64,000 nucleotides of DNA from the NCBI RefSeq assembly GCF_009914755.1, contig NC_060947.1; one strand, written 5' to 3'. The notes under the pieces are model-generated. The model had not been told where the DNA came from. It made no database searches and saw only the letters and a list, made by a program, of their open reading frames with translations. The position numbers were made by a program, and so were the translations under genes. Positions 1 through 14,763 of the stretch are shown here, piece after piece. This DNA is from the human T2T-CHM13v2.0 reference genome, Homo sapiens. Every line of letters starts with the position of its first letter. Within the stretch, counting starts at the first letter, position 1.

Positions 1-1815
1 CATAGACAACACAATCAAATGGAAATAAATCACATGCTTGTTGATGGGTTGAATCAATATTGTGAAAATGATCATACTGCCAAAAGCAATCTATAAATTC
101 AATGCAATTCCCACCAAATACCATCATTATTCTTCACAGAACTAGAGAAAACATTCCTAAAATTTATATGGAACCAGAAAAGAGCCCACATAGCCAAAGA
201 AAGACTAAGCAAAACAAACAAGTCTGGAGGAATCACACTACCTGATTTCAAGCTATACTGTAAGACCATAGTCACCAAAACATCATGGTACTGGTATAAA
301 AATAGACACATAGACCAATGGAACAGAAAAGACAACCCAAAAAATAAAGCCAGATACTTACAGCCAACTGTTCTTCAACAAAGCAAACAAAAACATAAAG
401 TGGGGAAAGGACAAATGGTGCTGGAATAATTGGCTAGCCACATGTAGGAGAATGAAACTGGATGCTCATCTCTCACCTTATACAAAAATTAACTCAAGAT
501 GGATTAAGGACTTAAATCTAAGACCTGAAACTATACAAATTCTAGAGCATAACATTGGAAAACCCCTTCTAAACACTGGCTTAAGGCAAGAATTTCATGA
601 CCAAGAACCCAAAAGCAAATGCAATAAAAACAAACATAAATAGCTGGGACCTAATTAAACTAAAGAGCTTTTTCATGGCAAAAGGAACAGTCAGCAGAGT
701 AAACAGACAACCCACAGAGTGGGAGAAAGTCTTTAAAATCTATACATCTCACAAAGGACTAATATCCAGCATCAATAAACTCAAACAAATCAGCAAGAAA
801 AAAAGCAAATAATACCATTCAAAAAGTGTGCTAAGGATATGAATAAACAATTATCAAAAGAAGATACATAAATGACCAACAAACATACGAAAAAAATGCT
901 CAAAATCACTAATGATCAGGGAAATGCAAAATCAAAAACACAATGCAATATCACCTTACTCTTGTCAGAATGTACATAATCAAAAAATCAAAAAACAGTA
1001 GATGTTGGCATGGATGTGGTGATCAGGGAACACTTCTACACTGCTGGTGAGAATGTAAACTAGTATAACCACTATGGAAAGCAGTGTGGAGATTCCTTAA
1101 AGAACTAAAAATAGAACTACCATTTGATCCAGCAATCCCATTACTGGGTATCTACCCAGAGAAAAAAAAGTCATTATACGAAAAAGATACTTGCACACGC
1201 AGGTCTATAGCAGCACAATTTGCAATTGCAAAATCATGGAACCAATCCAATTGCCCATCAATCAATGAGTGGATAAAGCCTGTGTGTGTGTGTATATATA
1301 TATATATATTCTATATATATCTCATATATCTATCATAATTATCATATATATCACATATACATATCTCATATATGTGATACATATCATATATTAATATGCC
1401 ATATATATCATATATTGTATGTGTAACATATATATGATATGATACATATATAATGGAATACTGCTCAGCCATAAAAAGGAATCAATTAAAGGCATTTGCA
1501 GTGACCTGGATGAAATTGGAGACTATCATTCTAAAGGAAGTAATTCAGGAATGGAAAAACCAAACATCATATGTTCTCACTGATATATGGGAGCTAAGCT
1601 ATGAGGACACAAAGGCATAAGAATAATAAAATGGACTTTGGGGATTTAGAGGAAAGGGTGGGAGGGGGGCGAGGGATAGAAGACTACAAATAGGATGCAG
1701 TGTATACTGCTCGGGTGATGGCTGCACCAAAATCTCACATATCACTGCTAAAGAACTTACTCATGTAACCAAACACCACCTGTACCCCAATAACCTATGG
1801 AAAGATAAAAAATAA
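1..1815 (+). mobile_element. LINE-1, L1PB1-like: degenerate ORF2 3' part plus 3'UTR; continues off the left edge
   Basis: ORF2-like peptides ([36 protein letters not shown]). L1PB-type 3'UTR 'gggagctaagctatgaggacacaaaggcataagaat...aaagaacttactcatgtaaccaaacaccacctgtaccccaataacctatggaaa', then an A-rich tail. Confidence 0.92.
1281..1452. repeat. (TG)n/(TA)n-derived low-complexity expansion inside the L1PB1
   Basis: tgtgtgtgtgtgtatatatata followed by degenerate catatat repeats. Confidence 0.9.
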
Positions 1816-1831
1816 ATTTTTTAAAAAATTT

Positions 1832-2975
1832 TAAAGATGGATTAAATGCTTAAATGTAAAACCCAAAACTATAAAAACCCCAGAAGGCAATACCATTCAG
1901 GACATAGACACAAGCAAAGATTTCATGACAAAGATGCCAAAAGCAATGGCAACAAAAGCAAAAACTGACAAATGGGATCTAATTAAACTAAAGAGCTCCT
2001 GCACAGCAAAAGAAACTGTCAACAGAGTAAACAGACAGCCTACAGAATGGGAGAAAAATTTTTGCAAACTATGTAACTGACAAAGGTCTGATAGCCAGCA
2101 TCTATAAGGAACTTAAACAAATTTATAAGAAAAAACCAACCCTATGAAAAAGTGGGCAAAGGGCATGTACAGACACTTTTCATAAGAAGACATACCAGTG
2201 GCCAACAATCGTGAAAAAAAGCTCAACATCACAGATCATTAGTGAAATTATAATCAAAACCACAGTGAGATACCATCTAACACTAGTCAGAACAGCTACT
2301 ATGAAAAAGTCAAAAAATAACATATGTTGGCAAGGTCGTGGAGAAAAAGGAACATATATACACTGTTGATGGGAGTGTAAATTAGTTCAGCCATTGTGGA
2401 AGACAGTGTGGCAATTCCTCAAATACCTAAAGACAGAAGTACCATTTGACCCAGCAATCCCATCACTGGGTATCTACCCAAAGGAATATAAAAGGTTCTA
2501 TTGTAAAGACACAGTATATTGATTGCAGCACTATTTACAATAACAAAGACAAGGAATCGACTTAAATATCCACCAGTGATAGACTGTATAATGAAAATGT
2601 GGTACATATACACCATGGAATACTATGCAACCATAAAAAAGAATGAAATCATGTCCTTTGCACTGACATGGATGGAGCTGGAGGCCATTAGCCTTAGCAA
2701 ACTAACATAGGAACAGAAAATGAAATACTGTGTGTTCTCACTTATAAGTGGGAGCTAATTGATGAGAACACATGGACACATAAAGGAGACAACACACACT
2801 GTGACATTTTGGAGGGTGGAGGGTAGTAGGAGGAAGAGGATCATGAAATACAACTAATGGATACTAGGCTTAATATGTGGGTGATGAAATAATCTGCACA
2901 AAAAACTTCCATGACTCAAGTTTACCTATGTAACAAACTTGCACTTGTACCCCTGAATTTAAAATAGAAGTTAAC
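1832..2975 (+). mobile_element. LINE-1 3' portion, L1PA13-16-like
   Basis: ORF2 C-terminal remnant. 3'UTR 'tactaggcttaatatgtgggtgatgaaataatctgcacaaaaaacttccatgactcaagtttacctatgtaacaaacttgcacttgtacccctgaatttaaaatagaagtt'. Confidence 0.88.
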
Positions 2976-2985
2976 AATAACTCCT

Positions 2986-4522
2986 CTTTTGTTTTTTTTG
3001 ATATTTAATTTTTGTGGATACATAGTAAGTTTATATATTTGGGAGTATACAGGATATTTTCATACAGGCATACAATGTGTACTGATCACATCAGGGTAAA
3101 TGAGGTATCCATCACCTCAAGAATTTATCCTTTATGTTACAAACAAACAATCCAATTATACTATTTTAGTTATTTTAAAATGTACAATTAAATTATTATT
3201 GACTACAGTCACCCTGTTTTGTTATAAAATACTAGATCTTGTTCATTCTTTCTAACTATTTTTTGTACTCATTAAACATTCTCACATCCCCATCAACTTC
3301 CACTACCCTTCCCAGCCTCTGGTAACCATCTTTCTCTCTACCTCCATGAATTCAATTGTTTTAACATTTAGATCCCACAAATGAGTGAGAACATGTGAAG
3401 TTTGTCTTTTTGTGCTTGCCTTATTTCACTTAACATAATGATCTCCAGTTGCATCCATGTTGTTGCAAATGACAGAATCTCATTCTTTTTGTGGCTGGAT
3501 AGTACTCCATTCTGTATATGTGCCACATTTTCTTTATTCATTCATCTGTTGATGAATGCTTAAATTGCTTCCAAATCTTGGCTATTGTTAATAAGTGCTC
3601 CAATAAATATGGGAGTGCAGATATCTCCTCAATAAACTGATTTCCCTTTTTTTGGCTTTTAGCTATATACCTAGCAGTGGGATTGACGGATTGTATGGTA
3701 GCTTTATTTTTAGTCTTTTGAGGAACCTCCAAATTGTTCTCCATAGTAGTTGTACTAACTTACCTTCCCACCAACATCGTAGAAGGGTTCTCTTTTCTCC
3801 ACATCCTCTCCAGAATTTGTTATTGCTTGTCTTTTGGATATAAGCCATTTTAACTGGGGTGAGATGATATGTCATTGTAGCTTTGATTTGCATTTCTCTA
3901 ATGATAAGTGATGTTGAGCACCTTTTAGTGTACCTCTTTGCCATTTGTGTGTCTTCTTTTGAGAAATATCTATTCAAATCTTTTGCTTATTTTTAGTCAC
4001 TTTATTAGATTTATTCTTATAGAGTGAACATTTTAAATATCCTTGTTATTAATCCCTTGTCAGATGCATACTTTGCAAATGTTTTATCCCACTCTGTGGG
4101 TTGTCTCTTGACTTTGCTGATTGTTTCCTTTGCTGCACAGAAGATTTTCAACTTGATGTGATCCCACTTGTTCATGTTTGCTTTGGTTGCTGTGGTTGTG
4201 GTGTTTTGCTCAAGATATCTTTGCCCAGACAAATGTCCTGGAAATTTTCTCTAATGTTTTCTTGTAGCAGTTTCATAGTTTGAGGTTGTAGGTTTAAGTT
4301 TTTAATTAATTTGGATTTGATTTTTGTATAGGGAAAAAGATAGGGGTCAAGTTTCCTTCTTCTGCATGTTCATATTCAATTTTCCCAGCTTCATTTATTG
4401 AAAAGACTGCACTTTCTCCAGTGTATGTTCCTGGCACTTTTTGTCAAAAATGAGTTCACTGTACATGTATGGATTTGTTTCTGGGTTCTCTCTTCTGTTC
4501 CATTGGTCTATGTGTTTGTTTA
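2986..4522 (-). mobile_element. LINE-1 3' portion, L1MA1-3-like
   Basis: Poly-T, then 'tttttgtggatacatagtaagt...gtatccatcacctcaagaatttatcct'. Minus-strand ORF2-like peptides ([24 protein letters not shown]). Confidence 0.9.
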
Positions 4523-6139
4523 TTAACTTATGTTTGATTATAATTTTATCTCAATTGAATGAATGAATATTTGAACCAGTGTGAAATTTGTCCTTTCAAA
4601 AATGTCAGCTTCAGGAAGAATACAAGTGCAGCAGTAAATACAATTTTTTAAAAAGCACCATCTAATCAGGCAAACCAGTCAAGTAATCTAGGATATTAGG
4701 GGGTGGCAGAGCACAAAACCACATTTCACTGATATTAGATGCTATCAGTTCAAAGGGAGACATCTCCACCGGTGTTTCATCATTTCTAGTTCTCTTGTAA
4801 CAAATACGTAAGTACATACAAACATAAAAATGCAAAAATAAACATCATAACTTCTCTAGTACTGTGCCAGTGGTGCTAAACACATTTTACTAGAAATTCT
4901 TTTAGAAAATAAACTATTTTTTATGGATTATATATGTAGTATGTGTTATTAACAATTTCATCTAATTTGATTTATAGAAATACATTTAAATCATTTTAAA
5001 GCTCAATTTAAAATAACTAAGAAAAAGTATCAGTTTTAGAAATGCAGTACTGGTAATGTATCAGTAGGTGTGAAGTTTTTGTTGTTTAAGACATTAACAT
5101 CAAAATAAATGTATGATTCCATAAAGAAGTACTCTATGATTTTGATGAATTTGTTCAAACACTAATTCAGGTTGACATGGAGAAATTACTTTAGAAAAAT
5201 ATTAGAAATATCCTATAGGTTTTACCTATTTTCTTTTCTCTTATCTGTGTGTGTGGTGTTTGTGTGTTTATACTTCCTGTCATAATGCTTTGTAAATATA
5301 TCCTAATAGAGAGAAAAATCTAACCAAACCAAACAATATGAAACAACAGTTTTTATAAATTCATCGGAAAACATCATGTAGATTTGAGTTGAACAAGCCT
5401 AACCACAGAAACAAAATACACAGATCATAGAACAATTCTATATATATTGCTGAAAAATGATACTCAAATTGTCCATTATCTTTTGTATTGAAAAAAAAGA
5501 ATCCTATGCTATCACATGACAAATCTAAGAGCTGTTTACCATCAGGTCCAAATCTCATCTGTTTTTAATTTCACATTTTCAAGTAGATCTGGCAAATTCT
5601 CTTGATAGCTATGAATGCTCATAACATTTCTTAAACCATATTTCATACTCTTAAATTATCAAAGTAATGCAAATCAGTGTTTAATGCCACTAATTCCTTG
5701 AACTTTTTTTTCATGATAGGTATTAACCTTAACCTAAATAAAAGTAAATAGGATCTATTAAAGCTCCTAAGAGGAAAATAATTTTCTTCTCAGCTCAGTG
5801 AATTCATTGCAAACAGAAGCAATATTGTGGCCTAATATGAGTAGTGAACAGTTTGTACACTGTTGACTCATCTACAAATCTCCATTTACTTAGTAGTAAA
5901 TCAATGTAATCTAGACTGCAACCCATGGTGTTGCTGTAGTCGTAGTGAAGACTATACATCCAACTTTGTTAGTGTTGTTTGATCCTCTAATTAGAATATG
6001 AAATATAGAGTTTTAGTGACCCAGTAGAAAAATTAATGGAGAGAAAATTTAAATACGCTATGATCAATTTTGAATGCTTTATGTTTTAGGATTCTATACA
6101 GGATACAAAAGCTGCATAATACTTTGAGACAGAATACTT

Positions 6140-6700
6140 ATTCAGTTGGATTCAATAAAAATTTTAGATCCTATTATATGCCAGAGTCTGTGCTAAGTAT
6201 TGTAAAAACATACCAATAAAAAAGTAAGAAATCTTGCCTACAATGAGCTCATGGAATGGTATATGAGAAAATATATACCCAATGACCTTAATGCAGTTTA
6301 ATGGGATAAGGGCCATGGAAGAATTTCAAGTTGCAATAGATAGGCAGATGATGGAAATACTTGCTTTGTCTCCTAATGCTGCAAAATGGTTCATCTAGGG
6401 GAAAGTGGCATTTTAGGAGTCCTTCAATGAATGACATCTCTTTCAAAGATGGAGGTGGAGGAAAGAGCAATGTAGAAAGATTCATTTTCAAGGCATAAAT
6501 AGTAAAACGATTTTAGGACACAGTGAAATATTCCCTCCGCCAGTATTATCGTGGAAGAAAATTGAAAACGGGTGTTGGAAGGGAGATGGCATATTGCCAT
6601 CTGTAGAAAATGGTAATTAATAGTATATACAGAAATAAGTAAAAAATTTTATTAAACAAAGGGAGTGACATGGTCAGAATTAATTTGAAGATTATTTTCA
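6140..6700 (-). mobile_element. Degenerate LINE-2 fragment
   Basis: 'ttcaataaaaattttagatcctattatatgccagagtctgtgctaagtattg' resembles a reverse-oriented L2 3' end. Confidence 0.55.
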
Positions 6701-6779
6701 TGCTAGCTTCTATGAACCGTTAATGTGAAAAGCGAACCTGTACCTCAGCAAAAAAATCATAATTGGTCAAAATTATTTA

Positions 6780-7300
6780 AAACAAACATTTAACCCCCTT
6801 ACTCATAGGGCAGAAGCTCTACCCCAGGCACAACAGGCTAAGAATACTGGGGACCTAGTGGCCCTTGTCCCAGCTGCTCATTGGCTGGAATTTCCACACT
6901 AGGAGAAGCAAGTTAGAAAGACCAGAGGCTACTATGCCACCCAGTGTTCTGCAGGGCTATCATGCTAGTTATCTGCTGCAGAGCAGGCGCTCAGAGAGTT
7001 TGCCAAGTGAGAAGAGGCAGTCAGTAAGAAAAGAGACCTCCAAATCCCTCTCCAAAGGAAAAGACTTTATTGAAACAGAGACTGAGAAAGCTCAAGCCTA
7101 AAGTTGCTATCAACAACAATGGAGATTTTGGTGGTGAGCAGAGAAGTTAGTAGCTCAATGAGACTGTCAAGCTAAACCACAAGCCAGGTAGTTTACCAGA
7201 GAAGCAGAGAAAGAAACACCCTGTGTAGTGAGAACAAAGCTCAAAGTCTAGCCTTGAAAAGGATTCCTAGAAAGGTGCAGTTTACAATTCAAAGTATTGT
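6780..7300 (+). mobile_element. Probable old L1M 5' region abutting the downstream L1MB
   Basis: Relatively GC-rich, L1M-5'-like texture directly upstream of ORF2-derived sequence. Family not firmly recognised. Confidence 0.35.
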
Positions 7301-7309
7301 CAAAAAATG

Positions 7310-9825
7310 TCCTCAATAAAACACTAGCAAACCACATCATGCAATATATAAAACAGAGTATACGTAGTGACCATGTACAATTTATCTCCAGAATTCAAAG
7401 TTAATTTAATGTCCAAGACACAATAATGTAAAACATTTGATATTTGGTATTATCAAAATATAGAGGACAAAAAATGCAATCATCTCAAAAAATGCAGGAA
7501 AATTTTTTGAAAATATTCTACATTGCTTCATGACAAAAACACTCAACAAATCAGGAATAGAAGAAAGTGCATTCAACCTGACAAAGTATCTATGAAACTT
7601 TCACAGATATCCTCATATTTAATAATGAAAAACTGAATGATTTCCCTAAAAGATCAAAAGAAAGATAAATATGGCAATTCCTACCACTTCTATTCAACAT
7701 TTTACTGGAGGTCCTAGTGAAGTCACTTAGCAAAGAAAATAAAATAAAAGGCATCCAAGTTGGTAAAGAAGAAATAAAACTGTCTCTATACATGGATAAT
7801 ATAATCTTGCATAGTAAAAATCCTACAGAATCCACTAAAAATGCAAATAGAACAAATAAATTCACTAAGGTTGCAGGATACAAAATCAGTACAGAAATAC
7901 CAATTGCATTTCTATATACTAGAAATATCTATTCTACTACTATATAGTAGTAATGAGTCATCCTAAAATTAAAATCAGGGCATAATTTTACTTGCAATGG
8001 CATACAAAAGAATAAGATACATAGAAATGAATTTAACAAAGAAGTATAAAACTTAAACTCTGAAAACAACATTACATTGCTGAAAGACACAAAAATCCTA
8101 AATAAATGAAAAAACATCTCATAATCATGGAAAAGAAGACTTCATATTGTTAAGATGGCAATACTTCCCAAATTTACCTGCCTAGTAAGTGTAATCCCTA
8201 TTAAAATCCCAGCTAGCTTCTCTGCAGAAACTGACAAATTTGTCCTAAAATTAATATAGACATTGAAGGCATGCAGAATAGCCAAAACAATCTTTAAAAA
8301 GACCAAAGGTGAAGCTGACACTTCTATACTTCAAAGCTTAAAACAAAGCTACAGTAATCAAAGGAATATGGTACTGGCATAAAGCTGGGCATATATATCA
8401 ATGGAATATAACATAGAGTTCAGAAATCTACCTTCACATTTATGCTTAGTTGATCAGTAGATATGCCAAGATAATTCAATGGGGAAACAATATTCTTCAG
8501 CAAATGGAGCTGAGACAACTGAATATCTACATGCCTTAGAAGGAAGATAGATGTATACCTCATACCATATGCAAAAATTAAGTCAAAATGGAAGTATAAG
8601 AGCTAAAGTTTTAAACTTTTGTGATCTCAAAATAGGGAACGGTTTCTTGAATATAACACCAAAAGCAAAGGACGAGCAACAAAAGACAAAATAGATAAAT
8701 TGACTTCATTGAAAAATATTTTTGAAAGTTTGTGTTTCAAAGGACACCATCACAAAAAGTTAAAAGACAACCCACAGAATGGAAGAAAATAGTTGTCAAT
8801 TATGTATCTGTTAAGGGGATTGTATCTAGAATATATGAAGAAATCTAACAAATCAATAATGTGTAGATAAATAGCCCAATCTTCTTTTTTATTATTATTA
8901 TACTTTAAGTTTTAGGGTGCAGGTTTGTTACATATGGCACATGTATACATAAATAGCCCAATCTTTAAATGGGCAAAAGATCGGAGTAAACATTTCTCCA
9001 AAGAAGACATACAAATTGCAAATAAACACATGAACAACGTTTGATATCATTAATCATCAGGGAAATGCAAATTAAAACCACTATGAGATACAACTTCACA
9101 TAGTATGACTATTATAAAAAAGACACATAATAACAAATGTTGGTGAGGATGTGGAGAATTAGAACCCTCCTACACTGCCATTGGGCATGTAAAATGGTGT
9201 CACTGCTTTGAAAAACAATCTCGCAGTTCCTCTAAAAGTTAAATATGAAGTTAGGCTATGACCCAGCAATTTTGCTCCTAAGCAAATGCCCAAGAAAAAT
9301 AAAAATGTATGTCAAACAAAAATTATACAAAAATGTTCATAGCAGCAATATTCACAGTAGGAAAAATTGAAAACAACCCAAATGTCTATCAACTGATAAA
9401 TGGATAAATAAAATATGGCATAGCTATACAAAGGAATATTGCTTGGCAATAAAAAGAAATGAAATACTAACACATGCTACAACATGGATAATCCTTAAAA
9501 ACATTATGATAAATGAAAGAAACCAGTCACAAAAGACCACATATTCTATGATTCGATTTATACAATCCAAAATAAGTTTGTCCAAAATAGACAAATCTAT
9601 ATACACATGGTAAATTTGTGGTTGTCAATACCACAGGGAGTTGCGGGGAGGAAAACTAGGGAATGCCTAATAGGCATGGTGTTTTTGGGGGGTTGATGAC
9701 AATGTTTTGAAATTGATTGTGGTGATGGTTGTACAACTGTGTGAATATACAAAAAGCCACTGAATTATTCACTTTCGATGGATTAATTGCATGGTATGTG
9801 ACTTATATCAAAATAAAGCTTTTAT
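7310..9825 (+). mobile_element. LINE-1 ORF2 remnant plus 3'UTR, L1MB7/8-like
   Basis: RT-domain remnant (IKGIQVGKEEIKLSLYMDNIILH). 3'UTR 'gtggtgatggttgtacaactgtgtgaatatacaaaaagccactgaatt...atggtatgtgacttatatcaaaataaagct'. Confidence 0.88.
8884..8948 (-). mobile_element. Tiny young L1PA 3'-end insertion with inverted 5' segment and 17-bp TSD
   Basis: 'ttttttattattattatactttaagttttagggtgcaggtttgttacatatg' plus 'gcacatgtatac', flanked by ataaatagcccaatctt at 8867-8883 and 8949-8965. Confidence 0.85.
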
Positions 9826-11555
9826 TATAAACAAGAAGGATATCCCACATCAGTGAGAATGGAGGGAATAAGCTAGAAGAAAGAGGGGCCATTAGAAGAT
9901 TAATATATTTCTTCTGATGGGACACATTGAAAATAGGATCTAGACAAATGTAAGCAAAGTCGTATATCAGATGTAAAGCATACTTGTGACTAGATAAAAG
10001 ATGTTTCTCAATTGAGAAATCACCAATGAGTTTGTACTTTGGTATTTTTTCTTATACAATATATTGTATTACTACAAGAAATAATTTATGTTTCAAAAGA
10101 TAGCTGAAAACAACTTCAGCTTTTAACTTTTTAATTTCTAGAAATTATCATATTTTGGTCTGTTTATTGCATTACACTTGCAATGTTACAGTGGCAGTTC
10201 TTTCCTCTTGGAAAGTTGCACTTTATAAAATAGAGCATCTTGTTTGTGTTTCCATTTGCAAATACAGACAGACATCTAAAATTTCACAGTCATGTTCTAT
10301 TCATTTGATTATTCAAGTACTAAAATATGAGCTTTCTGGATATTTCAGCAAGAACAAATTCTTCACGTTTCCATAGTGACAATTAAGGGAAAAATTAGAT
10401 GAAATTGAAGTTCAGAGAAGATTAACAGAAATTAAGAATGCTTATTAATGAAGAAATACTAAACAGGAGAGCCTAAATATGGAAAGCTTAGAAAAGCAGA
10501 AAATTAAGCTGAAACACACTTATATACAAATACCTGACAGATGTCAAAAGAGGGAGCAGTGATACATAGAAGCCAAAAATAAAGATAAATAATAAACAAT
10601 GTCATGTTAATAAAGAAAATAACATCAAAATAAAAACTGAAAGAGTAAGTTAACTGATAGTATAAACTGTAGCAGAAAAATCTGATATTAAAAATGATTG
10701 CTAGATTATAAATTATAAAAAATGTTTTTATTGTACATTAGTATAGAAGAATAAAGTTATGGTAATGATGACCTTTAAGAAACAGCATTAGCATACTTTT
10801 TATTACTTTAAGAAGCAAAGAATGGGGCAGCTGAGCAAAGAGATACACATTCTATGCTGATAATCACTTTTCAGAGATATGACTTTGGGAGATATTACAT
10901 AACCTCAGCAGGTTTCTTTCCAATATTCATGTCTCCTAATATTGACCTCTATGGCCAGCATAAAATGAGCGAAGATTATTTTTATACAGTAATGCAATAT
11001 CTTTCATTATAGAGTGAAGTGAGTTTTGGAAGCATTACTTGGAGCACATAATTCTTATTCATTGTATTTCACTTGCTAATTACAATAATGGAGATGCGAA
11101 ATTTCTGTTGCACCTATATCTTTCCTAATATGGGAATAATATATGCCATATGACACAGGGACAATAGTGAACGTTCAAAGGTATTTGAATATCCATTTTT
11201 TTCCTATAACTGGCCATTAACTTTAGGCAATTTACTAGTTGTCTTCGTTTCTTTAACTGAAAATACCACTTTCTCCTTGGCCTTAAGTGGAGATGTTCAG
11301 CCTATGCCTCATACTGAAGGGACTAATAATAACAATTTAACAAAAAAGAAAAATACTTACAAGCAATGATCTTTAGATTTAGAGCAAGTTCCCATTTTCC
11401 TGACTACCTGGATTTTTATTCCCTTGCTTCATATTTTAGCTTCTGATACCAATCTTAGATTATCCTAGATGTATTGATTAATTTTATTTCACTGATTTGC
11501 AATCTTAACCCGCCCTACTCAACACTTAATTCTATGTACTTCAAAGATGAAATTT

Positions 11556-11655
11556 AGGCCCGTCGTGATGGCTCATCCCTGTAATCTGAGCATTTTGGGA
11601 GGTTGAGGATGGAAGATTGCTTGAGCCCAGAATTTCAAGACCAGCCTGGAACACT
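11556..11655 (+). mobile_element. Alu monomer fragment (FLAM / AluJ left arm)
   Basis: 'ggctcatccctgtaatctgagcattttgggaggttgaggatggaagattgcttgagcccagaatttcaagaccagcctgg'. No right arm or tail. Confidence 0.85.
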
Positions 11656-12054
11656 TTAAGTAACCAAATGTGTGGTAAAATAAGACACAGGTTGTGGCCA
11701 TGGTTGAGGTATTATATGGAATCTGCAATTTGTGTATGAGAGAACTTTTGGTGACGGCAAAAGAAAAGCTATTCTTGTTCAAAATTATAAAATACCTAAC
11801 ATTGCATGCTAAGTAGTTTCATGTTCACTTTTTGTATGTTTTAAAGTAGATGAATATCACGAGCATTAGGAGAAAAAGAAAAACAGTAAAATATGAATTC
11901 TAAGGGAGGACTCTGTTTCACTAGGGCGGTTGTAATTCACACTTTCAAATGAAGTTCATTAAGAATGTGATAAAGTATTTGATGGTTAAGTCTTTGGTGT
12001 TCTTTGGGAATACAACTTCATAAATTGGTAGACATGAAAGCAAGAATAAGTAAA

Positions 12055-14310
<2,256 letters not shown>

Positions 14311-14320
14311 TGGAGGGGTT

Positions 14321-14332
14321 CCAAGATGGCCG
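14321..14332 (+). promoter_or_regulatory. YY1 site of the L1 internal sense promoter
   Basis: ccaagatggccg at about +11 to +22 of the L1 5'UTR, matching the known L1 YY1 element. Confidence 0.8.
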
Positions 14333-14718
14333 AATAGGAACAGCTCCAGTCTACAGCTCCCAGCATGAGCGACGCAGAAGACGGGAGATTTCTGCATTTC
14401 CAACTGAGGTACCGGGTTCATCTCACTGGGGCTTGTCAGACAGTGGGTGCATGACAGTGGGTGCAGCCCACTGAGCATGAGCCGAAGCAGGGTGAGGCAT
14501 CGCCTCACCCGGGAAGTGCAAGGGGTCAGGGAATTCCCTTTCATAGCCAAGGGAAGCTGTGACAGATGTCACCTGGAAAACCGGGTCACTCCCACCCTAA
14601 TACTGCACTTTTCCAACAGTCTTAGCAAACGGCACACCAGGAGATTATATCCCGTGCCTGGCTCGGAGGGTCCCACACCCACAGAGCCTCACTCACTGCT
14701 AGCACAGCAGTCTGAGAT

Positions 14719-14763
14719 CTAACTGCAAGGTGGCAGCGAGGCTGGGGGAGGGGCGCCCGCCAT
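14719..14763 (-). pseudogene. L1 ORF0 N-terminus, truncated by a premature TAG
   Basis: Antisense translation MAGAPPPASLPPCS* matches the start of primate L1 ORF0. Stop at codon 15. Confidence 0.8.

Noticed and set aside
5361-5558. 65-aa minus ORF in unique DNA (MRFGPDGKQLL...)
   Set aside because: No recognisable homology or convincing exon structure. The length is expected by chance.
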